From NCBI RefSeq assembly GCF_000025505.1, contig NC_013849.1, positions 1,920,001 through 1,952,000 of the forward strand: a stretch of DNA of 32,000 nucleotides. Direction: 5' to 3'. This DNA comes from Ferroglobus placidus DSM 10642. GTDB taxonomy: Archaea > Halobacteriota > Archaeoglobi > Archaeoglobales > Archaeoglobaceae. Each line of letters opens with the position of its first letter. Within the stretch, counting starts at the first letter, position 1. The position numbers were made by a program, and so were the translations under genes. The notes under the pieces are model-generated. The model was not told where the DNA came from and did not search any database. It saw only the letters and a program-made list of their open reading frames with translations. This document shows, piece after piece, positions 20,647-27,953 of this stretch.

Positions 20647-20680
20647 GGGGGTGTTTCTGCTTTGTCAAACTCCCACTCCT
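20647..20680 (+). promoter_or_regulatory. Second hairpin in aro leader (GGGGGTG / CACTCCT, alternative GGG-t-GTTT / AAAC-t-CCC)
   Basis: Read directly; 7-bp pairings including G-U in the first form. CCTC at 20678-20681 is complementary to GAGG of the Shine-Dalgarno at 20707-20710. Confidence 0.35.
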
Positions 20681-20706
20681 CAAAAATATAAACTTCAAAA
20701 ATAAAA

Positions 20707-20713
20707 GAGGTGA
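20707..20713 (+). promoter_or_regulatory. Strong Shine-Dalgarno GAGGTGA before the first aro gene
   Basis: 5-nt spacing to ATG at 20719. Confidence 0.7.
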
Positions 20714-20718
20714 ATAAA

Positions 20719-21504
20719 ATGGTGGGGAAGAGGAGAAGGCTGAAAAAGATATTCAGAAACGATTTGAGCTTAGTGGTGCCAATGGATCACGGAATAACGA
20801 AACCAGAGGCTGGACTGGAGAAAATAGATTTCCTGCTCGAAAGGCTCGACGGCTTGGCAGACGCTTTCGTTTTGCACAAGGGAGTTGTGAAGCATTCGAA
20901 GTACGTTGAGGAGATGGAATCTGCTTTGATAGTTCACCTCTCAGCTTCTACATCACTCTCTCCAGATCCGAACGCGAAAACAATAGTAACGAGCGTAAAG
21001 AAGGCTGTAGAACTTGGGGCTGATGCTGTGAGTGTTCACATAAACGTCGGAAGCGAAACGGAAGAAAGGCAGCTTAAAGAGGTTGGGATGGTCGCCGAAG
21101 AGGCTGACGAATACGGAGTTCCTTTGCTCGTCATGAGCTACCCGAGGGGGAGAGGAGTGGATGAGAAGAAAGTCGAGAACGTCATGCACGCCGCAAGAGT
21201 AGCTTACGAGCTCGGGGCTGATATAATAAAGACGAACTACACCGGAAGCGCTGAGAGCTTCTCCAAAGTCGTTGAAATCGTGGATGTTCCTGTTTTAATA
21301 GCTGGAGGGAACAAAAAGAGCTTTGAAAGTTTCTTGATGGACGTAAGAAATGCGATAAGAGCCGGAGCTAAAGGAGTTGCCGCTGGAAGAAACGTCTTTC
21401 AGGCGGAAGATCCGAGAGGGGTTGTTATGGCTATTAAGTCGGCTTTCAAAGAGGCATTGATAGGTGTGGGAGATGAAGGAGCTTTGGCTGCTAAACAAAG
21501 GTGA
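20719..21504 (+). CDS. aroA': 2-amino-3,7-dideoxy-D-threo-hept-6-ulosonate (ADH) synthase, class I aldolase family
   Basis: LVVPMDHGITKPEAGLEKIDF...VLHKGVVKHSKY...LIVHLSASTSLSPDPNAKTIVTSVKKAVELGADAVSVHINVGSETE...AGAKGVAAGRNVFQAEDP; followed by DHQ synthase II. Confidence 0.92.
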   Translation: MVGKRRRLKKIFRNDLSLVVPMDHGITKPEAGLEKIDFLLERLDGLADAFVLHKGVVKHSKYVEEMESALIVHLSASTSLSPDPNAKTIVTSVKKAVELGADAVSVHINVGSETEERQLKEVGMVAEEADEYGVPLLVMSYPRGRGVDEKKVENVMHAARVAYELGADIIKTNYTGSAESFSKVVEIVDVPVLIAGGNKKSFESFLMDVRNAIRAGAKGVAAGRNVFQAEDPRGVVMAIKSAFKEALIGVGDEGALAAKQR

Positions 21505-22450
21505 AAAGTGGGAGGAAGTCAAAGAGAGCGTGAAAGATGCCATAGAACTCGGCTTTACCGGAGTTATCGTTAGAGAGGAATTTAAAGAACTTGCCGAAAA
21601 ACTCGGAAGGATTGAGGTTTCGTCGGAAGACATTTTTGAGGTAAAAGGAAAGAAGGACGAAGAAGAAGCTTTAAGAATTGCGGAAGAAAAAGGCAGGGTT
21701 TTTCTCGATTTCGAAAACTGGAAGATAATTCCGCTAGAAAACATCGTGGCTATGAGGAAAAAAGGGAAAGTCGTAGTTCTCGTGAAATCTCCGGAAGAGG
21801 CGAAGACAGTCCTGCATACTCTCGAAAAGGGTGCTGATGGAATAATCGTCGAAGCTTACGATAGAGAGAAGCTCGCCGAATTTGCAAACATTATGAGAGA
21901 GGGAGAGAAACTGAAACTCGTGGAGGCTGAAATTAAAAAGATCGTCCCACTCGGAGTTGGAGACAGAGTTTGCGTAGACACGATTACTTTGATGAGCAAA
22001 GGTGAGGGGATGCTCGTAGGAAATAAAGCCGAGTTTATGTTTCTCGTGGCAAGCGAGAGTGAGGAAAGCGAATACGTTTCCGCAAGACCCTTCAGAGTTA
22101 ACGCCGGAAGCGTGAACGCCTACATTAAAGTCGGCGAGAAGACCAAGTACCTCTCGGAGCTTAAAGCTGGGGACAAAGTGGAGATAGTCAGATTCGACGG
22201 GAATACGAGGGAAAGTTACGTCGGAAGGGTGAAGATAGAGAAGAGACCGATGATACTTATAGAGGCTGAAGCTAACGGCTTGAGGGGAAGCGTCATACTT
22301 CAGAACGCGGAAACGATAAAGCTTGTAGGGAAGGACGGAGAGCACTTGAGCGTTTCCGAGTTAAAGGAGGGAGACAAGGTTTTGGTGTGGATAGGCGAGA
22401 AAGCGAGACATTTTGGCGTTGCGGTGGAGGAGTTCATAGTTGAAAGGTAA
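21473..22450 (+). CDS. aroB': 3-dehydroquinate synthase II
   Basis: MKELWLLNKGEKWEEVKESVKDAIELGFTGVIV...GVGDRVCVDTITLMSKGEGMLVGNKAEFMFLVASESEESEYVSARPFRVNAGSVNAYI. Confidence 0.93.
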   Translation: MKELWLLNKGEKWEEVKESVKDAIELGFTGVIVREEFKELAEKLGRIEVSSEDIFEVKGKKDEEEALRIAEEKGRVFLDFENWKIIPLENIVAMRKKGKVVVLVKSPEEAKTVLHTLEKGADGIIVEAYDREKLAEFANIMREGEKLKLVEAEIKKIVPLGVGDRVCVDTITLMSKGEGMLVGNKAEFMFLVASESEESEYVSARPFRVNAGSVNAYIKVGEKTKYLSELKAGDKVEIVRFDGNTRESYVGRVKIEKRPMILIEAEANGLRGSVILQNAETIKLVGKDGEHLSVSELKEGDKVLVWIGEKARHFGVAVEEFIVER

Positions 22451-23054
22451 GGTGATTGCAACCGTAAAGAATTTCGCTGAGGTTTCAAAAGTTTTGAGAG
22501 TTGCAGACGGAGTTGAATTTCGCATCGACCTCTTCAGAAAACCTCCAGAGCCGAAGAGCGTTAGGATTGAAAAGATAAGCATAGTGACGATAAGAAAACC
22601 AGAAGACGGAGGAAAGTATTCTGGCGACGAAGAGGAGAGGTTGAAATTGCTCGAAAAATACAGTAAGTTCTGCGATTACGTCGATCTGGAATACTATCTG
22701 GCTGACGAGGTTTTCGAGAAAATGAGCTGCAAGGTAATCGAATCCTACCACAACTTCAGCGAAACACCCGATTACGAGTTTTTAAAAGGAATAGTCGAGA
22801 ACAGAAGGGGAGACATCGTAAAGATAGCCACCCTCGGAAAAAGTAAGAGGGACGTGGAGAAAATTGTGAAATTGCTCTGCGATTACGAAAACGTTGTGGC
22901 ATTTTTAATGGGCGAAGAGTTCGCTTTCACGAGAATTTTCTCTCTTTTCCTCGGCTCACCTTTCATCTACTGCGGAGTTGGAGAAAGCGTTGCCCCCGGG
23001 CAGTACGACGTTTTCAAAGCTGTAAAAATACTTAAGGGGCTGGGATACAGATGA
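22440..23054 (+). CDS. aroD: 3-dehydroquinate dehydratase, type I
   Basis: VEFRIDLFRKPP...VTIRKPEDGGKYSG...VDLEYYLADEVF...KVIESYHNFSETPDYEFL. Confidence 0.9.
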   Translation: MKGKVIATVKNFAEVSKVLRVADGVEFRIDLFRKPPEPKSVRIEKISIVTIRKPEDGGKYSGDEEERLKLLEKYSKFCDYVDLEYYLADEVFEKMSCKVIESYHNFSETPDYEFLKGIVENRRGDIVKIATLGKSKRDVEKIVKLLCDYENVVAFLMGEEFAFTRIFSLFLGSPFIYCGVGESVAPGQYDVFKAVKILKGLGYR

Positions 23055-24964
23055 AGATCTGCATTTACGGAATGGGAGGAATGGGAAGTTTCTTCAAAAA
23101 CTTCTTCGAGAACAGGGGTTACTTCGTGAAGGGATACGATGTGGTTAAAGAAAAGAGCGAAATAAGATTGGAGGAGGTAAAGAACTTCGACGTAATTTTC
23201 CTGTGCGTTCCGATGGATAAAATAGAGGATGCCGTTAGCGAGATAAAAGAGACTGCTGACAAAAACGCTCTTTTGGTGGACATAGCTTCGGTAAAAAAGC
23301 CTTTCGTGAAAATTTACGAAAGTTCAGGATTTGAATGGATGAGCATTCATCCGATGTTCGGTCCGGATAGCGAGATCGGGCTTTCGAACGTGATAGTCGT
23401 AAGGTTGCCGAAAGATGAGAGGGCTGTAAGGATAGTGGAGGAGTTCAGGAAGAGCGGAGCAATTGTAAGCTTTCTAAGCTTGGAAGAGCACGATGAGGAG
23501 ATGGCGAAAATTCAAAGTACTTCGCACTTCCTCCTCCTCACCCTATCCTATTACCTGAGGGAGTGGTTCAACGAAGAGAAGCTGAAAATTCTCTCGCCAA
23601 TTTCCCTTACTTTGATAAAACTCGCATCGAGGATAATAAATCAGGACTGGAAGATGTACGAGTACATTCTCGAAAACGGAAGAGAAGTTAGGAAGGAGAT
23701 AATAAAAGCTGCCTCGGAAGTTGACAGATTTATCGAAGAGGGAAAGGTTCAGGAACTCTTCGATTACCTAAGAGGAGCGTTCAAAAACGGAAAAAACACG
23801 ACGATAATACTCGACAGTGCAAGAACGACTTTAACTCCGAACTCGCTGGAAGAGTTGAGAGGTTACATAAAAACGGTGGACTCTCTAATTTTGAGGCTGA
23901 TAGAAAAAAGGGTCGATGCCGGGAGAAGAATTGCGCTGGAAAAAATGAAGAGAAACGAGCCGATAGAGGTTTCGGAGGTGGAGTACTTCAAACTCAAGGA
24001 GCTGACGTCGAAAACTTCCCTCGATGCCGGAAGCGTAAGCAGTATTTTCGAGGAAATAATGAGCCTTACGAAGGCTGAAGAATACAAGGTGGCTGGAGTT
24101 GAGAAAAAAGTTGCTGTTCTCGGACCAGCGGGAAGCTTTTCTGAAGAAGCCGCTCTGAAACTCATAGATTCCAAGCTCCCGCTTATTTACTGTTCAAGCG
24201 TCGAAGAAATAGTGAAAGCTGTTGAAAGCGGAAAAGCCGACTTCGGGATTCTGCCGATAGAAAACTCGATAAACGGAACGGTGATACCTTCCCTCGACGC
24301 TCTTCTGAAGCACGACGTTGAGGTTTTTGCTGAAACGGAAGTTGAAGTCAATCTGAATTTGGCTGCTAAAAAGCTTATCGACCTCAAGGACGTTGAAGTC
24401 ATCTACTCCCACCCCCAAGCGGTTTCGCAATGCATGACGTTCATAAACAACTACTTACCCCACGCTGAGATAAGATACACAAGAAGCACGAGCGATGCTG
24501 TATCTCTTTTGGATGAGAAATCTGCTGCAATAGTTTCGGAAAATGCTGCAAAAATTTACAGGCTTCAAATACTGAGAAGAAGCATTCAGGATGCTAAGGA
24601 GAACGTTACGAGGTTTTACGTTGTGAGGAGGAGGGGAGGAGAGGTAAGGGGAAACGTTACAGCCCTTTTCTTCGGAGTGGAAGACAAGCCGGGAGCTCTC
24701 TTCAGCGTTCTTGAGATATTCAAGAGGAGAAACATAAATCTGAGGAAGCTTGAAAGTCGTCCCTCCGGAATTAAGCTCGGAGATTACATATTCTTCGTCG
24801 AAGCCGAAAAGAAGCTTGAGGAGGAAGAGCTGAAAGAGCTGAAGGAAAGGACGACGTTTTATAAAGTTGTTGGGGTGTTTGAAAAAATCGACCGACTTAA
24901 CGTTTTCATTTCGGAGCGAAAAGAATCGTCATCATCAGAAGACCGAAGAGCAAAAGAAGCATGA
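23051..24964 (+). CDS. Fused prephenate dehydrogenase - chorismate mutase (AroQ) - prephenate dehydratase with C-terminal ACT domain
   Basis: N-term MKICIYGMGGMGSFFKNFFENRGYFVKGYD...SIHPMFGP; middle LEELRGYIKTVDSLILRLIEKRVDAGRRIALEKM; C-term VAVLGPAGSFSEEAAL...FGILPIENSINGTV...ALFFGVEDKPGALFSVLEIFKRRNINLRKLESRPSG. Confidence 0.93.
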   Translation: MKICIYGMGGMGSFFKNFFENRGYFVKGYDVVKEKSEIRLEEVKNFDVIFLCVPMDKIEDAVSEIKETADKNALLVDIASVKKPFVKIYESSGFEWMSIHPMFGPDSEIGLSNVIVVRLPKDERAVRIVEEFRKSGAIVSFLSLEEHDEEMAKIQSTSHFLLLTLSYYLREWFNEEKLKILSPISLTLIKLASRIINQDWKMYEYILENGREVRKEIIKAASEVDRFIEEGKVQELFDYLRGAFKNGKNTTIILDSARTTLTPNSLEELRGYIKTVDSLILRLIEKRVDAGRRIALEKMKRNEPIEVSEVEYFKLKELTSKTSLDAGSVSSIFEEIMSLTKAEEYKVAGVEKKVAVLGPAGSFSEEAALKLIDSKLPLIYCSSVEEIVKAVESGKADFGILPIENSINGTVIPSLDALLKHDVEVFAETEVEVNLNLAAKKLIDLKDVEVIYSHPQAVSQCMTFINNYLPHAEIRYTRSTSDAVSLLDEKSAAIVSENAAKIYRLQILRRSIQDAKENVTRFYVVRRRGGEVRGNVTALFFGVEDKPGALFSVLEIFKRRNINLRKLESRPSGIKLGDYIFFVEAEKKLEEEELKELKERTTFYKVVGVFEKIDRLNVFISERKESSSSEDRRAKEA

Positions 24965-25097
24965 AGATCATGAAGTTTCTCTGCCTTTTCCTCTCTTCCT
25001 CGTACTTTCTCTCACACCTATCGCTGCAAAAAATTTCTTCCGGCTCTATAGCCTTTCCGCAAACCACGCAGTGTCTGTGAGGAACAATGCCGGGCAT
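24906..25097 (-). CDS. Small Zn-ribbon membrane protein (DUF2116-like)
   Basis: HRHCVVCGKAIEPEEIFCSDRCERKYEEERKRQRNFMIFMLLLLFGLLMMTILFAPK; overlaps 3' end of the TyrA/PheA fusion gene. Confidence 0.75.
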   Translation of the reverse strand: MPGIVPHRHCVVCGKAIEPEEIFCSDRCERKYEEERKRQRNFMIFMLLLLFGLLMMTILFAPK

Positions 25098-25120
25098 GGT
25101 TTTAAATCGACGTCGAATAT

Positions 25121-25709
25121 TTAAATTTTCTCTAAAATTTTCATAATTTCCTTCGAATCGACTTTGAGTCCCTCAAATGTTATTTCCTGCTTAACTTCAG
25201 CCGGGTACTCGAAGCAGATTTCCCTCTTTTCCCCCTTTCTTTCCACAAATATCGTGTTAGAAAATAGCTTCTGGAGTATTTTCTCCTCCTTTTTTGTGAC
25301 CGTATGAGAATTTATGACTGCCAAGGTGCAGCCGTTAACGGCTCTTATCTTAACTATAGTGTTGTGGAGAAACATGTACGTTTTTTCAAGCCCGTGGATC
25401 ATTAAAAGCTCCGGAATTATCGTAAAAATGAAAATTCCCGAGTCTTTTTCGAGGATCTTAGAAACTGCTATACTTACATCGTTAAGGTTCAGAAGGTTTA
25501 TAACATAAATACCCTCCTCCCACGGGCGGGTGGCTAATAAAACAACTTTTTCGGCAAGCTCATACTCTTCAATCAGCTTTCTAAGAAAAGAAATGTGCTC
25601 AGAAGCGATTATGAATATTTTACCTCTCAGTTCTTTGGCTATGGAGAGAGATAGAGATAACCCATCAGAAAAAAAAATCCGAAATTAGTAAGTAATCTGC
25701 GTTTTTCAT
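25121..25709 (-). pseudogene. DUF835/KaiC-like protein gene with apparent frameshift at a 9-nt homopolymer (25669-25677)
   Basis: Frame open far upstream of annotated ORF 25121..25402: ...LSIAKELRGKIFIIASEHISFLRKLIEEYELAEKVVLLATRPWEEGIYVINLLNLNDVSIAVSKILEKDSGIFIFTIIPELLMIHGLEKTYMFLHN.... It has no start codon, whereas ATG at 25709 opens MKNADYLLISDFF.. in another frame; removing one T from the T9 run joins them. Confidence 0.6.
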
Positions 25710-25751
25710 CACTCTAAATTTTACACTGCTTAACTTAATTATATTTTTGAT

Positions 25752-25994
25752 TTAATTTCCACCGGAAATAACCCTCAGGACTTTAACTTCTCCCTCTTCA
25801 ACTTTACTGTCGACGGGAATTGGAGAATCACCTTTGACAATAACGACTGTTTCGGGATTTATTCCAAGACTTTCGAGAACGTCGCTATAGGTTTTATCCC
25901 CCTCCACTTCAACGACCTTCTCTTTTTCGGGAAAACCTCCTAAGAATTTAAAAAGAATTTTAATCTTCTGGGAGGATTTCTTTTGCGACTTCAT
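25752..25994 (-). CDS. MoaD/ThiS-like (ubiquitin-fold) small protein ending in GGN
   Basis: KILFKFLGGFPEKEKVVEVEGDKTYSDVLESLGINPETVVIVKGDSPIPVDSKVEEGEVKVLRVISGGN*: beta-grasp pattern with subterminal Gly-Gly. Confidence 0.78.
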   Translation of the reverse strand: MKSQKKSSQKIKILFKFLGGFPEKEKVVEVEGDKTYSDVLESLGINPETVVIVKGDSPIPVDSKVEEGEVKVLRVISGGN

Positions 25995-26124
25995 GAATTT
26001 CCTCCTTGGCTTCCTCAGCTACTTTCTTCAAATCCTCCACGTTTTTCTTTAAAAGCTTCTCATCCTTCTCGCTCAGCTTCTTTTCGCCCTTTTTCTTGTA
26101 GCTGTCCCAGTCGAACCTCCTCAT
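25960..26124 (-). CDS. Small charged helical protein, 54 aa
   Basis: MRRFDWDSYKKKGEKKLSEKDEKLLKKNVEDLKKVAEEAKEEIHEVAKEILPED*; below ORF-track cut-off; overlaps the MoaD/ThiS-like gene by 35 nt. Confidence 0.55.
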   Translation of the reverse strand: MRRFDWDSYKKKGEKKLSEKDEKLLKKNVEDLKKVAEEAKEEIHEVAKEILPED

Positions 26125-26187
26125 ATTCGATCACTGAATAATTTTTTGTGAGAAGAAGTATAAATTTCTTCTGCTCAAATTTTAAAA

Positions 26188-26766
26188 TCACTTTCTGAAA
26201 ACCCCCATGAGGTCGTGTCTGCCCATTTCCACGAGTTTGCTCTTTAACCACCTTCTAATTCCCTCCACCTCTCCTTTTTTTGCAGAAGTGGGAATTATCT
26301 CCCCTTTAATCCACTTCCTTATCTCCTCGATCACGCTTTCGTTTTCAACCTTGTCGAACTTGTTTGCCGCTACAACCGTTTCTATTCCCAGTTCCTTCAG
26401 AAAGTCGAACATTTCAACTTCAACCGGAATGTAGCCCCTTTTATCCCACCTCTCGGCTATTTCGCAAAAAGCTTTGGCATCTATAACCTCGACCGCGAGC
26501 TTTATTCTGTGAGCGTTCTCCTCTATATACCTCACGACGAAATCCTTTACCTTTTCAGAGAGATTTCTTCCCTTCCACACGTAACCAAATCCGGGTAAAT
26601 CTGTTACAAGCAGATCTCTGTACTGAAGATGATTGGGCTTTATCGTCGTCCCGGGCTTTTTTCCTCTCCTAACTTTAACGCCGAAGAGCTGATAAAAAAG
26701 GGTCGACTTGCCAACGTTGGAGCGCCCGGCAAAGATAATTTCTATGTTAACCCGGCCAGAGCCCAT
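26188..26766 (-). CDS. engB: GTP-binding protein EngB
   Basis: IIFAGRSNVGKSTLFYQLFGVKVRRGKKPGTTIKPNHLQYRDLLVTDLPGFGYV...VVAANKFDKV. Confidence 0.92.
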   Translation of the reverse strand: MGSGRVNIEIIFAGRSNVGKSTLFYQLFGVKVRRGKKPGTTIKPNHLQYRDLLVTDLPGFGYVWKGRNLSEKVKDFVVRYIEENAHRIKLAVEVIDAKAFCEIAERWDKRGYIPVEVEMFDFLKELGIETVVAANKFDKVENESVIEEIRKWIKGEIIPTSAKKGEVEGIRRWLKSKLVEMGRHDLMGVFRK

Positions 26767-26923
26767 AATATACGTTTAGAAATATCACAACAGCCCCAAT
26801 TACGAAGCCAAAAGCGATTACGCTCTTTGGACTAATCCTGATCTGCGTCTTCTCTTCTTCAAAATACCTCATTATTCCTGCCGAAGACATCAACGGCGGT
26901 GCTCTTTCCTTCTTCTTAGCCAT
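26747..26923 (-). CDS. Preprotein translocase subunit Sec61-beta (SecG)
   Basis: MAKKKERAPPLMSSAGIMRYFEEEKTQIRISPKSVIAFGFVIGAVVIFLNVYYGLWPG*. Confidence 0.92.
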   Translation of the reverse strand: MAKKKERAPPLMSSAGIMRYFEEEKTQIRISPKSVIAFGFVIGAVVIFLNVYYGLWPG

Positions 26924-26962
26924 GTGAAAAATTTTTACGAAAGACAATTTAAACCTTTTCCC

Positions 26963-27916
26963 ATGAAATGCATTTTCGTCGAGAGCGGCGAGACAGGAGA
27001 GATAGTTTTCGAGGAAAACAGAATAGTTTTCGAGCCGAAGAAAGTTGAGCCGAGCTACGTTATTTTCAGAAGTTTCGTAAACGCTCACACTCATCTCGGA
27101 GATAGTGTAGCCAAAGATCCGGAAAGAACGAGTTTGGAGAAACTCGTAGGACCGGGAGGTTACAAGTTTAAGGTTTTAAGTTCTGCCAAGGAGGAAGAGA
27201 TCGTCGAAGAGATGAAAAGATCGATCGAGCTCGCTTATAAGAGCGGAGCAACCGAGGTCTTTGATTTTAGAGAAGGTGGTATTAAAGGATTCGAATTGCT
27301 GACGAGAGCTGATAGGAGAGGGATTGTAAGAGCTTTCACTCGACCGGGTAATTTGGAGGAGGCGGAGATTCTGAGCGAGAAGTCCTACGGATTCGGTTTC
27401 AGCAGCGTTAGGGATCACGATATAAGTTTTCTTGAGGAGTGCAGAGAGATAGCGAAGAAGAAGAAAATTCTCTTCGCAATACACGCTGGGGAGAAGGATA
27501 ACGAGGACGTCGAGGGAGCGATTGCCCTCGAGCCAGACATTCTCGTTCACATGAACATGGCTGAAAAAAGTTTGTTGAAAAAAGCGATGGATGAAGGAAT
27601 TATTATCGTCTCTTGTGCAAGATCTAACGCTTTTTTCGGGCTTTTAAACCTCGAAAATTTGAGAATTCTTTCAGAATACGATAACTGGATGATCGGAACC
27701 GACAACGTCATGATCTCAACACCCTCAATTCTCGACGAGTTCAAATTTCTCTCCTACTTCGTTCCAGAGGAGAAAATTTACAGAGCTGTCGCGAGAGGAA
27801 AAAGCTTTGTTGTGGCGAGAATGGATAAAATACACGGATCGAGAAACTATTTGAGGAGTTTGAAGAGATTAGAAAGCTGCGACATCGTGATGATAGCTGA
27901 AATTGAATTTGGATGA
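26963..27916 (+). CDS. Amidohydrolase family protein (adenosine deaminase-like metal site)
   Basis: SFVNAHTHLGDSVAKDP...LFAIHAGEKDNEDVEGAIALEPDILVHMNMA...GTDNVMISTPSI; the upstream GTG at 26924 is unlikely. Confidence 0.83.
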   Translation: MKCIFVESGETGEIVFEENRIVFEPKKVEPSYVIFRSFVNAHTHLGDSVAKDPERTSLEKLVGPGGYKFKVLSSAKEEEIVEEMKRSIELAYKSGATEVFDFREGGIKGFELLTRADRRGIVRAFTRPGNLEEAEILSEKSYGFGFSSVRDHDISFLEECREIAKKKKILFAIHAGEKDNEDVEGAIALEPDILVHMNMAEKSLLKKAMDEGIIIVSCARSNAFFGLLNLENLRILSEYDNWMIGTDNVMISTPSILDEFKFLSYFVPEEKIYRAVARGKSFVVARMDKIHGSRNYLRSLKRLESCDIVMIAEIEFG

Positions 27917-27953
27917 AAAACTTATATATTTTCAGACACTTCCCGCTATCGGT

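Noticed and set aside
20490-20718. TPP riboswitch or C/D box sRNA in the thiL-aro intergenic region
   Set aside because: The characteristic TPP element (CUGAGA...) is missing; CTGATGG near 20559 is not a convincing C/D pair. The aromatic uORF explains the region better.
21734-22345. 203-aa minus-strand ORF inside DHQ synthase II
   Set aside because: Antisense shadow; the plus-strand protein matches a known family throughout.
24867-25124. 85-aa plus-strand ORF after the TyrA/PheA fusion
   Set aside because: Overlaps both the fusion end and the convincing Zn-ribbon gene on the minus strand; composition not protein-like.
26924-27916. Amidohydrolase start at GTG 26924
   Set aside because: It would begin at the divergent Sec61-beta start codon, leaving no spacer, and adds a non-homologous-looking N-terminus MKNFYERQFKPFP; the internal ATG near 26963 is favoured. 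My manual base count there differs by one nt from the ORF track, so I used the track frame.
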